Assembly (NCBI RefSeq): GCF_009914755.1
Contig: NC_060928.1
DNA from: the human T2T-CHM13v2.0 reference genome, Homo sapiens
Length of the DNA stretch: 64,000 bases
Direction: 5' to 3' (one strand)
Shown here: piece after piece, positions 1 through 13,230 of the stretch
Numbering within the stretch: the first letter of the stretch is position 1
Layout: each line of letters begins with the position of its first letter
Program-made: the position numbers and the translations under genes
Notes under the pieces: generated by a model
Told to the model about the DNA's origin: nothing
Databases searched by the model: none
The model's input: the letters and a program-made list of their open reading frames with translations, nothing else

Positions 1-1192
1 TTCTAAAAGCCTATACTCATCTGCATAAACAAAGAGATGATCTGAAATAGAAACATATTTAAAAGGAAAGCAGAGCATAAAAGTTTGAAAAATTTGCAGC
101 CTGACCATGTGGTAGAAAAGAAAAACCCATTTTCTCAGGAGGAACTCAAGCCAGTTGCAGACATTTGCATAAATAAAGAAGAACCAAACCTTAATAGACA
201 AGACAATGGGGAAAATGCCTCCAGGGCATTTCAGAGATCTTCACAGCAGCCCCTCCCATCACAGGCTAGGTCTAGGAGGGAAAAATGGTTTTGTGGGCCA
301 GGCCCAGGGCTCTTGGGACATGGCACCCTGCATCCCAGCTGCTCCAATGGCTAAAAGGGGCAAGAGTATAGCTTGGGCTGTGGCTTCAGAGGTTGCAAAC
401 CCCAAGCCTTGGCAGCTTCCATGTGGTGTTGGGCCTGCAGATACACATAGGGCAAGAGTTGAGGTTTGGGTAGATACCTAGATTTCAGAGGATATATGGA
501 AACACCTGGATTTCCAGGCAGAAGTCTGCTGCAGGGGCAGAGCCCTCATGGAGAACCTCCACTAGGGCAGTGTAGGGGGAATATGTGGGGTTAGAGTCTC
601 CACACTGAGTAACTCCCCACTGGGGTACTGCCTAGTGGAGCTGTGAGAAGAGGGCCACCGTCCTTCAGACCCCAGAGTGGTAAATTCACTGATAGCTGAC
701 ACTGTGCACCTGGAAAAGCTGCAGGAACTCCATGCCAGCCATGAAACCAGCCACAAGAGCTGTACCCTGCAAAGCCACAGGGGTGCAGCTGCCCAAGGCC
801 TTGGGAGCCCACTTCTTGCATCAGCGTGCCCTTTATGTGAGACATGAAGTCAAAGGCAATTATTTTGGAGCTTTAAGATTTAATGACTGCCCTGCTGGGT
901 TTCGGACTTGTGTGGGCCCTGTAGATTCTTTGTTTTGGCCAATTTCTTTTATTTGGAATGGCAGCATTTACCAAATGCCTGTACTTCCACTGTATCTTGG
1001 AAGTAACTAACTCATTTTTAATTTGACAGGCTCATAGGTGGAAGGGAATTGCCTTGCCTCAGATCAGACTTTGGACTTGGACTTTTGAGTTAATACTGGA
1101 ATGAATTACAACTTTGGGGGATTGTTGGGGATGCATGGTTGGTTTTGAAATGTGAGAAGGAAAATGAGATTTGAGAGGGGCCAGGGCCAAAA
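1..1192 (+). mobile_element. MaLR internal region (MST/THE1-int type), runs off the left window edge
   Basis: Typical MaLR-int motifs (gcagcctgaccatgtggtagaaaag; cccaagccttggcagcttccatgtggtgttg); ends in purine tract gagaggggccagggccaaaa immediately before the LTR. Confidence 0.85.
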
Positions 1193-1579
1193 TGATGTGG
1201 TTTGGCTCTGTGTCCCCACCGAAATCTCATGTTGAATTTTAACTCCCAATGTTGGGGGAGGCACTTTGTGAGATGTGATTGGATCATGGGGGCAGATTTC
1301 CCCCTTGCTGTTCTCATGATAGTGAGTGAGTTCTCAGAAGATCTGATGGTTCAAAAGTGTATGACACTTCCCCCTTCACTCTTTTTCTCTCCTGCACCAA
1401 TGTGGTAAGATGTGCTGGCTTCCCCTTTGCCTTCCATCATGACTGTAAGTTTTCCAAGACCTCCAAGCTATGCTTTCTGTACAGCCTGTGGAACTGTGAG
1501 TCAAACCTCTTTTATTTAATTTTATAAATTACCTAGTCTCAGGTAGTTCTTTATAGCAGTGTAAGAACAGACTAATGCA
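1193..1579 (+). mobile_element. MSTA-type MaLR 3' LTR
   Basis: Starts TGatgtggtttggctctgtgtccccacc, ends ttctttatagcagtgtaagaacagactaatgCA; ~390 bp. Confidence 0.85.
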
Positions 1580-3005
1580 GTCATATTGAGTATAACAGTT
1601 TTTCTGTTATATTAGCAAATCCTTCTATTAATAGTAAATTACTGAAACTGAGGATGGTCTTGGGGATCCTTGACACCAGAGGTTATGTGATTTGCTTTGA
1701 TCATGCAGAAAATTGTGGCAGATCCAGGATTTGAACAGATACTTTTGGCTCTGAATCAAATTTTTTTCTTTTTCCTCAATTATCTGTTAGAAACTCAATA
1801 TCACCCCTTTCTATGCTCTCTCTTCTATCTTCAGTGAGGAGCATTTCTATAATATATAGAAGGTAGATGAGAAAAAGATACCATATTATATTTGTTCCTC
1901 TGGAATGGCAGGAAGATGCATGGGCCTTAGCAGACATGAAATTTTGCAGTGACTTTCAGGCTTTTTCCTACAGGTCACCTATCTTTTTGCTGGAGGTGCA
2001 TCACCTTACTGTTTGTATTTCCCTACAGTTTCTAACTTTCTCAGAGCTAAGAGCAAAGCCTAAGAGCAAAGTTAGAAAGTGTATTTCCCTACACTTTCTA
2101 ACTTTCTCAGAGCTAAGAGCAAAGCCTAGATCTATGAGTGGGTGGCCATTCCTGATATTTATTCTTTCAGCATTTCCAGTGGTTTAGTAGTTATCTATTT
2201 CCCTGTGTAAAATATATTCCAATTTGAAATACCTAGATTGTATCTGTGTTCCTGACTGAACACTGATTGAGACAGAAAATATTTGGTACCAGAAGAGGCT
2301 CCAGGGAACAAACCACAAGCTAGAATTGTAATCTCTGAGATCATTGAGAGAAGAAAAACAAACAATATGATCTTTGATTGCTCTGATTTTCTGCTTGGAG
2401 AAAAATTGTTGGCCACATTGCAGGGAAGGGAAACTCCAATAGAGTATAACAGTTTCATTGAGTTGAGGAGACAGAGATTGGAGTTCAGTAGGCAGAGGGA
2501 GCTGAAACATGTGAGGCAGTGTTCTGGAGAGAAGGAAAATATATACAGAAAAAGCTCCAGAATTTTGTGTGGTGATTTCCTGCAGTCTTTGCCTGAATAT
2601 TAAGTTTTTTGTTCATAAAGTGAGACTCTGTGATGCTGGACAATGAAAAACTAGTAGGCAGCTCTAAGCTAAATAATTCCCAGAGTTCATATAGAGCCTG
2701 GAAGAGTTTATGTTTTGACAAATGAGAGTGGAAAGACTTTGTTGAATACACAGAGAGTTTTGTTTAAAAATGTGGTTTGAAGGATCAAGCTGCTATGATA
2801 ATAATTTAGTTTCCTGTCAAAATAAAACTCCCTGTTCTTTAAAGAGAGTCTATACAATCTGGACTCTGAACTATATACTTATCATGATATTGGTATCCAG
2901 TATAAACCACTAGATATGTGAAGAATCAAGGAACTAGAGAGAAACAAGTCATTAGAAACAGACCCTGAAATAATAGAGATGATGACATTACCAAACAGGA
3001 CTTTT

Positions 3006-3712
3006 TATTTTATTTATTGATTTAGTTAGTTATATATTTATTTATTTTACTTTAAGTTCTGGGATACGTGTACAGAATGTGCAGTTTTGTTGCATAGGTA
3101 TACACGTGCCATGGTGGTTGGCTGCACCTATCAACCTGTCATCTAGTTTTTAAGCCTCACATGCATTAGGTATTTGTCCTAATAGTCTCCTTCCCCTTGC
3201 CCCCCACTCCACAACAGGCCCTGGTGTGTGATGTTCCCCTGCTTGTGTCCATGTGTTCTCATTGTTCAACTCCCACTTAGGAGTGAGAACATGTGGTGTT
3301 TGGTTTTCTGTTCCTGTGTTGGTTTGCTGAGAATGATGGCGTCCAGCTTAATCCATGTCCCTGCAAAGGACATTAACTCATTCTTTATGGCTGCATAGTA
3401 TTCCATGGTTTATATGTTTTGTAGTATCTTTATCCAGTCTATCAGTGGTGGGCATTTGGGTTGGTTCCAAGTCCTTGCTATTGTAAATAGTGCTGCAGTA
3501 AACATACATGTGCATGTGTCTTTATAGTAAAATGATTTATAGTCCTTTGGGTATATACCCAGTAATGGGATTGCTGGGTCAAATGGTATTTTTGGTTCTA
3601 GATCCTTGAGGATCACCACACTGTTTTCCACAATGGTTGAACTAATTTACACTCCCACCAACATTGTAAAAGTGTTCCTATTTCTCCACAGCCTTGCCCG
3701 TTATCTGTTGAG
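3006..3712 (-). mobile_element. 5'-truncated L1PA8-like 3' fragment
   Basis: T-rich tail, L1PA 3'UTR with tagtttttaagcctcacatgcattaggtatttgtcc; ORF2 C-terminus ([15 protein letters not shown]); TSD caaacagga(c/a)tttt at 2992-3005 and 3713-3726. Confidence 0.9.
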
Positions 3713-4195
3713 CAAACAGGAATTTTAAAACAACTGTTATAAATATGTGAAAAGATTTAAAGGAAAACATAAACTTTATTCAAAAATAAATGGAAGCTAT
3801 AAAAAAAGCAAGTAAAATTTCTAGGGCTAAAATACAATATAAAAGTAAAATAAAATAATTCCTGGTGGGCCTAAAAGGAGAGTAGACACTGCTGAAGAAC
3901 AGATAAGTAAATTTGAAGAGATTACAATCCAGGCAGAGGCACAGGAAATAGAGTTGAAAAAAGTGAATAAAACCCTAATGGCCTTTGAGACAACATAAAG
4001 CAGTATGAAATATTGAATCAGATATCAGAAAGGGATCAGAAAGCATATTTAAAGAAATTATAGCCAAAAATGTTTTATATTTGGTGAAACTATACATTCA
4101 CATAGCCAAGAAACTCAATGAACATAAGGCAGGGCCAGAAAGAAAGAAAACAAACACTATCCTAAAGTACATTATAATTAAATTTCTGGAGACTA

Positions 4196-4550
<355 letters not shown>

Positions 4551-6539
4551 AGGAAATCTTTAAGTACCTAGAGAATAAAGAACTTATTACTTGCAGGAAA
4601 ACAAAGATAGAAAAGACCTGCCATTTCTCACTGGAAGCAACATTTGCTGGAAAACTATGAAATGACATTTTTAAATTGTTGAAAGTAAAAGAAAAGTGTG
4701 TAAATGTAGGATTTTCTATGATAAATTGTTCTTCAAGATGGAAAGAATTCAAATAATTTTCAGTGAGGCAAGTTGAAAAATTTTGTTCTAATAGATCAGC
4801 AATAACAAGAAAAGTTAATGAAATTTTTTTGTAAAGTATATGAAAAATTTTTATTATTTTCCATTTTTTTTTCTAAAAGATAATGACTCCCAAGGACAAT
4901 ATGTAATAACAATAAGGCATTTATAAGGTATTTAGAAATAACCAAAATAGCCAAAAAATAAAGAGATAGGGAGGGAATGGACCTTATATTATGTATGAAA
5001 TGGTGTAATCTTATTGGAAGGTAGACTGTAATGTATTAAAGATCGATATTATAAAATCTACAGTAACTACCAAAAAAAGGAGATATAACTATTTGGCAAT
5101 CAAGGAGATAAACTGAAAAATTAAAAAACTAATCAATCCAAAAGAATGAAGAAAAAGAGTAGCAAAATAAAAACTCAAAAATCATATGGGATACATAGAA
5201 AGCACATAGCAAGGTGATAGATTAATACCCAAATATAATAAGATATATCTCACATAAATTAGTTTAAACATGCAGTGAAAAAGCAGAGATTTCCAGAGTA
5301 GGGGGAAAAAACAAGACACAAGTAGCTTTAAAGTAAATGAATGGAAAGAGATATATGATGCAAACAGTAATATTAGAAAGCAGAAGTGCACATATTAATA
5401 TCAGGAAAAATAGACTTTAGGGCTAGGAATATATAGAGAGATGAAGTAAAATATTTCATAATGATAAAATATGCATAAATGAGATGCATAATTCTTTATG
5501 TGTTTTTATCAGTTACAGAGCTTCAAAACACATGAAGCAAAAACTGACAGAACTGAAAAGAAAAATTGATACATACAAATTATAATTGGTGATTTTAGTA
5601 TTTCTTCTCAGTAATGGATAGACCAGTAAATTACTTTGAATATAGAAAAGTTAAAAAACAACGCCAACTAATTTTACCTAATTGATGTTTTTTGAAAATT
5701 ATTACCCACAATGGCAGACTACACATTCTTTTCAGACACAAATGGAACATTCAGTAATATAGTATTTGTAGTAATATAGTAGTATATAATATATGTAGTA
5801 ATATAGTAATATGATGGGAAGTAAAATAAGTGTCAATAAATATAAAAGGCTCAGAACTATATAGAAAATAATACTTGGTCAAAATAGAACAGATTAGTGG
5901 CCAACAAGAGAAAGATACCTTTAATGTTCCAAAATATTTGGAAATTAAACAACACATTTCTGAATAAGCCATGGGTCAAAATAGAAATCATGAGAAAAAT
6001 TAGAATATATTTTGAACTGAATGAAATGAAAACATGTTAAAATTAGTGAGATACAGCTAAATCACTGCGTTGAATCAGAGGTGGAAATTTATAGCTTAAA
6101 ATGCTTATATTAGAGAAGAAGAAATGTTAAAATCAATCATCTAGCATTTTTACCCCAAGTATTAATATGTAGAAGGAAGAAAATAATACAGTAATAATAC
6201 AGCAAAAATAAAAGGAGACAAAAAATAGACAAAATCAATGAAACCAAACACTGTTTTTTTGAAAAGATTAATAAAATCAATAAACCTTTAGTTAGACTGA
6301 CCAAGAAAAAAGAAAATACAAATTATTGATAACAGAAATGAAATTGCATGAGTGGATACTACTACAGATCCCACAGAATATAAAGTCCAATAAAGAATGT
6401 TATGTACATCTTTGTGCCAATAAATTAAATAACCTAACAAATTCTGTGAACAAAATACAAGTACTAAACTGTCTCAGAAGTAGAAGAAATGGAAAATCCA
6501 AATTGCCCTATACCTGTTAAAAATTGTATTCATTAACAT

Positions 6540-6812
6540 AGAAACAGAAAACCTGACACTGCATGTTCTCCCTTACATGTGGGAGCTAAACATTGAATAC
6601 TCATGGACATAAAAATGGGAATAATAGACAGTGGGGACTACTAGAGGGGAAAGGAGGGGTGAAAGGATTGATAAACTACCTGTTGGGTACTATGCTCACT
6701 ACTGGGGTGACTAGATCAATTGTACCCAAAACCTCAGCATCACACAATATACCCAGGTAACAAACTTGCATATGTACCTCCTGAATATAAAATATAAGCT
6801 GAAATGTAAAAA
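6540..6812 (+). mobile_element. L1 3'UTR fragment (L1PA15-16/L1PB4-like)
   Basis: gggtactatgctcactact...aaacctcagcatcacacaatatacccaggtaacaaacttgcatatgtacc. Confidence 0.8.
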
Positions 6813-8414
6813 GAATTACGATGTAACAACAACAAAACAAATGGAATTCATAGTGAAAATTTTTTTCCCCAAAGAGAAATCAAGAGAGATTGCTTTAAGG
6901 GAAGTTCTATTAAATATTTGTCAAGGAAATAAAATCAATCTTACATTAACTTTTTCAGAAATTAGAAGAGGAAACACCTCCTAGCTCACTTTATGATAAT
7001 GCTAGTCTTATTCTGATACAAAAGCTAGAAAACACATTATAGGAAAATTGAATAAAAAATAATTATCCCCGTGAATATAGATAAAAAATTTCCAACAAAA
7101 TAATGCAAATCAAACCCAGAAATTTAGAGAAGTGATAATAAGTTATGATGAAGTGGAGCTTATCCCAGTAGTGCAAGATTGATTCACAATTTTAAAAAAT
7201 CAATGCAATTTATCACATTAATAGAGAAAAGGAGAAAACACATATGGTCATCTTGATAGATGCAGAAAAATACTTCAACCATCATACCTAATCAAGCTCC
7301 CAGTAACACAGGAACTAAAGGAGACTTTCTCAATGGATTGAAAGAAACCTATGAAAACCTACAGCTGTTAGCTGTTAACATGGTGTTACCATGTTTAATA
7401 GTAAAAGACTGAATGCATTACCACCAAAAACCAGGAACATGTTAAGGATGTTCGCTCTTACTGTCACTTTAACATTGTAATAGAGGATCTAGAACTTAGC
7501 ACTAAGGTTAGGAAAAGTAATCACAACCACGCGGATTGGAAAGAAGTGATTTTTTTTTCTGTATTCACAGATGACATAATAGTGAATTAGAAATTTTAAA
7601 GATATCTGTTGGAAAGCTGCTAGAATGAATAAGGTCTGAGAATATAAAGCCAATATACAAATCAGTTGTACTTTTATAAGTAACAAAAAATTGGAAATGG
7701 GGATTAAAAATATCATCTATAATGGCATCAAAATATGAGATATCTAGGGATAACTTTAACACAATATGTGCAAGACTTGTACACTGAGAACTATAGGACA
7801 GGGATGCCCAGTTTACCACTGCTATTCAATATTGTACTAGACATTGCCTGTTGTGCTGGGTAGTGAGCACTAACTGCAGAGCAATTAGTAGGAGAAAGAA
7901 AAGGCAACCAAACTGTAAAGAAAATATGCAAACATATTTCTGTTAATGGATAGCATGATTATATATGAAGAAATAAATATCTCACTAAAAATTATTCACT
8001 AGAGTTAATAAGTAATGTCAGCAAAGTCGCAGGGCACAATACAAAAAATAAGTTACATTTCTATAGGCTAGCAATAAACAATACAAAAAGGAACTTAGAA
8101 AAATTCCATTTTCAATAACATCGAGAAGAATAAAACACTTTAGAATACATTTAAACAAGGAGATGCAAGATTTATACACCAAAAACTAAAAAAGTAATTA
8201 TTGAAATAAAGAAAGCTTTAATAAATGGAAAGGCATCCTTTGCTCATGGGTTGGAAGACTTACTATGGTTAAAATTGCAATACTCCCCAAAGTGATCCAC
8301 AGATTCAGTTCAGTCCTTATCAAAATTTCAATGGCCTTTTTTTTTTTTTTTCCAGAAGTGGAAAGGCTGATTCTAAAATTTGTATGGAATTGCAGGGCAT
8401 CCCAAATAGATTTC

Positions 8415-10385
8415 CTTAGTAATCTGATCCAAAGATGCCTTGGTCCTCTCATCCCACAGAACATTCTGCTGGTATGCTACATTGATGACATTATGCTTAT
8501 TAGACCTGGGAAACAGGAAGCAGGAAAACTTAAATGCCTTAGATACCCTGATAAAATTTCAAGGGATCTGCATATGGTTCAAAATTCTAGAGTTTTAGTA
8601 GTCTGAGAATGTTGTAATGTCCTGTTCAAAGTGAAAGGCAAGTTGCTTTGTCTTGTATCCCTCACTACTAAGAAAAAACAGACTCTCATTTGGATTAGGG
8701 AGGAAATATATACCATATCTGAGTAGCCAATTTTTGACTTACTGATAAGGATATCAGTTTTGAGTGGTGCCAATAGTAAAAGAAGTTTTTAGAGATTCTT
8801 CAGGATATTATGTAAGCCGTTCTACCATGTTAGCCTGGTGACCTATGGGATTCAATCAGTTAAAATATCTGCAGCAGTTATGTATGTTCTATGGCATCAT
8901 CTGCAATCCCAACATAATTGCATTTCAAATCCTTAATGGTCTGAAACAAAGCTATGCCCTTTTCACAAATAATTATTCTCTTTTTGAGAAAAATCTCGGT
9001 TGGATATTGGACCCTGACCAAAGAACAAGTGACCTGTGACCAAAGCTGCTGTCATGAACTGGGTGTTACCTGAACCACCAAGCAATAACATTGAGATATG
9101 CAACAACATTCTATAATCAAGTAAGAATTTATTTATATGATATCAGTCTCGAGAAGGCCCTAAAAACATATGAGTTGCATGAGTAGGTACTTACACTACT
9201 CATGGCACTTACTCCCGCTGCCTTGACATCTCTTCCCCAACCTACACCTGTGTTTCATAGGGAGTACCCTATGATGATCTAATTTAGGAAGAAGAACATT
9301 CAGGTCTGGTTTACCAATGATTCTGCATGATATCCAGGCACCTGCCAGAATTCAATGCTGCAACATTATAATTTAACTTAAGAGCGGCTTGGAAGGACAG
9401 TGGGGAAGAAAAATCCTGCCAGTGGTAGAACATCAAGCAGTATATCTAGTTATCCTAGGTGTCTGGCAAAAGACGCAGACAGAAAAAAAGATCTACGTGG
9501 ATTAAAGAGAAGAAGTTAACAGTTTAGCCAAATGGTTAAAGACCTGGAAACCACAGAACTGGAAAATCAATCACGAGGAGTTGTGGAGAGGAAATATGTG
9601 GTTGTAGACCCAGACTGTGAGAATATTTGTGCCTCATGTGAATGCTCCAAAGCACACTCACTGCAGAGGGGTTCAGTAATCAGGAGGGCAAGATGATCTG
9701 TTTTGTGGAACAGCAAGCTTCTTTTCCTACCAGTTCTTGTGCTTGCTCTATAGGATCATGAACAAGGTGGACATAACGACATAGAAGGAGACTATGCATG
9801 CTCAGAAGGATATTTTTTTCCCACTGAGACTAATCTGGTTACTTGCACTGCTAAATGGGCAACATGCCAACAGCAGAAACCAGGGTTAAGCCCCAGATGT
9901 GCCACCATTCCCCATGGGAATCAGCTAGCTACACTGTGGCAGGTTGTTTACATTGGACTTCTTTTGTCATTGAAGAATCAGTGATTTATTCTAACTGAAA
10001 CATTGTCTTTTTTGTCTACAGCATTTTTGATATTTTCATGCGTGGAGGTGGAGCATATATGTTGATCCAGTGATTAAGATATGGTGCCATTTTCTCCATA
10101 GCCAGAACACATGCATGTGAGAATCAAGGTGTGGAAGTGGCTCTATTTTGCTATTACTCCTTGTAACTCACATACAAAATTTGTCTTCTTGTCTCTACAT
10201 ATTTGGGCTCTGGTACTTGAGTGGTCTTAGTTCTCAAAGGAGAAATGTTTCCAAAAGGGAACCCAACATTGATTCCATGGACCTGGAATTTGAGATTGCT
10301 CTAGCCACCTTGGAATGCTCATGCCAATCAGCTAACAAGCAAATAAGGTTGTCATTGTATTGAATGGATGGCTGATCTTGATTAA
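8415..10385 (+). mobile_element. ERVL-class (HERV16/ERV3-16A3/ERVL-E-like) pol remnant: RT, RNase H, integrase and dUTPase fragments
   Basis: [11 protein letters not shown] (YIDD RT motif) near 8470; gtctggtttaccaatgattctgca (WFTDGSA-like) near 9305; tggcaggttgtttacattgga (WQVDYIG-like) near 9940; dUTPase-like region near 10260-10320; many stops and frameshifts. Confidence 0.8.
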
Positions 10386-10609
10386 AGAGTAGTATTAATA
10401 TGTTGGAACTTCTTGACTAAGCACTTTAGCTGTTTGGGGGTCTTAAGCTCATAGGGTGACTCAAACCTGTACTCTTTAAAATATGAGCCATTAGTGGTCC
10501 TACCTACATTGAGCTGCTTTAATCTTTCAGTAAGCTTTACCACTGGCTGTTCTATTAGGGAAGATGAAAAATTATGTAAGTAGAACATAAAAATATAATT
10601 ATAAAATAT

Positions 10610-11585
10610 GTTAAATGTTGTAAGAGGAGCATAATAGGGAGACCAAATTTAGATCAAGGGATCAGGAAAGGACTCTGAAAAAACACAATCTAAGATGAAA
10701 TCTTAATGATATATATGAACTAGCATATAGAGAGGAAGAATAGAGGACAGGGCATTCCAGGGAGAATGAAAAGCAAGTTTCTCTTGGTTGCGGGATTGTG
10801 TGGACTGATGTAGCTGTAATGTGTGTGCTAGAGCAACAGTGGTAGTAGAGGGGGCTGGAGAAGGAGGCAAAGGCCAGGTCACGCAGAGCCTTGCATGTGG
10901 TGGTAAGGAGTTTGAACCTGTTTTATTATCTGCTGGAAGACATTGATGGGTTTAAAGTAAAGGTATAACAAAATGCAATTTATGTTTTATAAAGATATTT
11001 GCTGCCGAAAATGGAGATTGGGTTAGAGATGAAAAGAATAGATGAAAAGAGATTAATTATGAGAATATTGCAATAATCCAACTAAGAGATAATGGTGCCT
11101 TCAACTAAGGTAATAACAGAGAATATGGAGAAAAAGGACAAGTGGATGGATCTGAAACATATTTTTAGATAGAATTAACAAGACTTGGTGATGAATTAGA
11201 TGCTGAGGATGAGGAAGAGGAAGTAATTAAGGACAGCTCCCAAACTTATGGCATGAAAAACTGGATAAACAGAAGGATCATTTACTGAGATGTGGTGACA
11301 GAAAGCCAAGTAGTTTTATGGGAAAGATTGGGTTAACTTTTGTGCGGTTGTTTTTGACATACTTGGTGAGATATCAAGTACAGATATGTAGTAGACATTT
11401 GGATCTATGGATTCTAGTCTGCTTTATTGATTTAAGGTCATTGGCAAAAATGAATTTTGAATTCCTGAGAATGAAAGAGGTCAGCTAGGGAGACCAAACT
11501 GGAAAAGAAGCTAAGTGGACCTAGAACAGAACATTGTAGAACTCCAACGCTGTGAGGAAAAGAAGCCAGCAAAGACAATTGGAGT
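10610..11585 (-). mobile_element. L2 fragment
   Basis: Purine-rich L2 antisense motifs (gatagaattaacaagacttggtgatgaattagatg; tttactgagatg). Confidence 0.7.
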
Positions 11586-11829
11586 GAACAGTTTTACCAA
11601 TTGAATAATAACTCCAGTTATATTATACAACTTATGTTAGCAAATTATAAGTATACAGCATATTATACTTAATTATCAAAGTTTTATAATCTATTATTAC
11701 ATATAATTATACAACTACTATATAATTATATAACTATATAATTAGCAATACTGTTGATTCAGACTAACATACTGTATGTGTTAAGTATTCTTGCCAGTGT
11801 AATTGTTCCTTTAATAGTTAAGAGCTTTT

Positions 11830-12050
11830 TAAGAGTTAAAAGCCCTGATGTGGAGTCAGAAACTTTAGTTCAAATTCTACCTTTGCCACTTAGTGTCTAT
11901 GTGATTTTGCAAGTTGGTTAACCTCTTTAAAACTCAGTTTCATTGTATGTAAAATAGATATACTGATACCTCATCTGAGGAGCTAGGGTCTAATATCTAC
12001 AAACCACACTGACAGGTACAAAAAATAGTTTATTATTGTTATTGTCATGG
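11830..12050 (+). mobile_element. MIR
   Basis: MIR core ggagtcaga...ttcaaattctacctttgccacttag...ctcagtttcattgtatgtaaaatag. Confidence 0.7.
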
Positions 12051-12099
12051 TTAGTGTTGTTACCTTTAGAATATTGTGGCTGCTCAAGTTTCTCTTCTA

Positions 12100-13230
12100 T
12101 TCCCAGAGAATCGCTCTATTGTTGTCCTCTTCTCAGTCCTGACATCTTTTGTCTGGACTTCAGCAATAACAGCTTGCCCACATCACTGTGTACTTCTTTC
12201 TTTTCTTCTTATAGTAGCCTTCTTAAAACACATTGAATCACTTTAGTCCTCTGTTTAAAATTATCACTGGCTTTCATTTTCACTTTGAATAACACCCAGA
12301 CTCTTTGCTGTGGTCCAGCAGGCTTTGCATTATGTAGTCCCTGTCCAACTCTCACCCATGCTTTATGCCTCCTTCCTTCTTGCTCAGGACTGTAGCCACA
12401 CTGCCTTTTGGATATTGCACCAGGGCCTTTGATTTTGCCCTGCTCTATGTCTGGAATATAGTTTTTCCTTCCTTTTTTGTGTGGCAGATTCAACTCATTT
12501 TAATCATTCAGTCTTAGCTCAGAAAACATCTCTGGCCACTCCACATCCTGAGTTACTCTCTACCTTGTCATCTCAATTACTCATTTACTTATCTCTGCAC
12601 TCTAATGTGAACTTCATCAGGTCTGGAATTGTCTTAGTCCACTGGGGCTTCTATAAAAAAATGCCACTGACTGAGTGGCTTATAAACAACAGAAACTTTT
12701 CACAGCTTTGAAGGCTGGGAAGTTTATGATCAAGGCACCAGCAGATTCAGTGTCTACTGAGGTTCCACTTCCTGGTTTATAGAACGGTGACTTTTCACTG
12801 TGTCTTCACATGGTAGAAGGGGCAAAAATATCTTCTTCGAGCCCATTTTATAAGGGTGCTAATAACATGCATGACAACACTGTCATCTCCTAAAGGCCCC
12901 ACCACTTAATACCACTACCTCGGAGGTTAGGATTTTAACATATGAATTTTGGGGGTGCATAAACGTTCAGATCATAGCAGGGATTTCATTTGTCATGTTC
13001 ACCACTATATCCCCAAATTAGGCATAATGCCTGGCACATATTAGGACCTTAGTAACTACTTTCTTGAGTATATAAATGACTATTGCCATGTCTTGGAATC
13101 TCTGAGGATGAGGACTCTGTTTTGTTAACTGTATTGCTAGCATCTAACACATTGGCCAGCACATAGAACTACTCAAAACACATCTGCTGAATGAACAAAT
13201 GCATGAATAAATAAATGAATCAACTAATCA
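12100..13230 (+). mobile_element. L2 3' end(s), split by an MLT1A LTR
   Basis: L2 tail motifs gcctggcacatattagg and cagcacatagaactactcaaaacacatctgctgaatgaacaaatg. Confidence 0.65.
12630..12979 (-). mobile_element. MLT1A-type solo LTR
   Basis: TGtcttagtcc...aaacgttcagatcatagCA, 350 bp; 5-bp TSD ggaat/gggat (12625-12629, 12980-12984). Confidence 0.85.

Noticed and set aside
85-1408. Cluster of short ORFs on both strands
   Set aside because: All within decayed MaLR internal/LTR sequence with stops and frameshifts
11600-11760. AT-rich quasi-periodic stretch (also 5750-5815)
   Set aside because: Low-complexity slippage sequence with no defined unit or function
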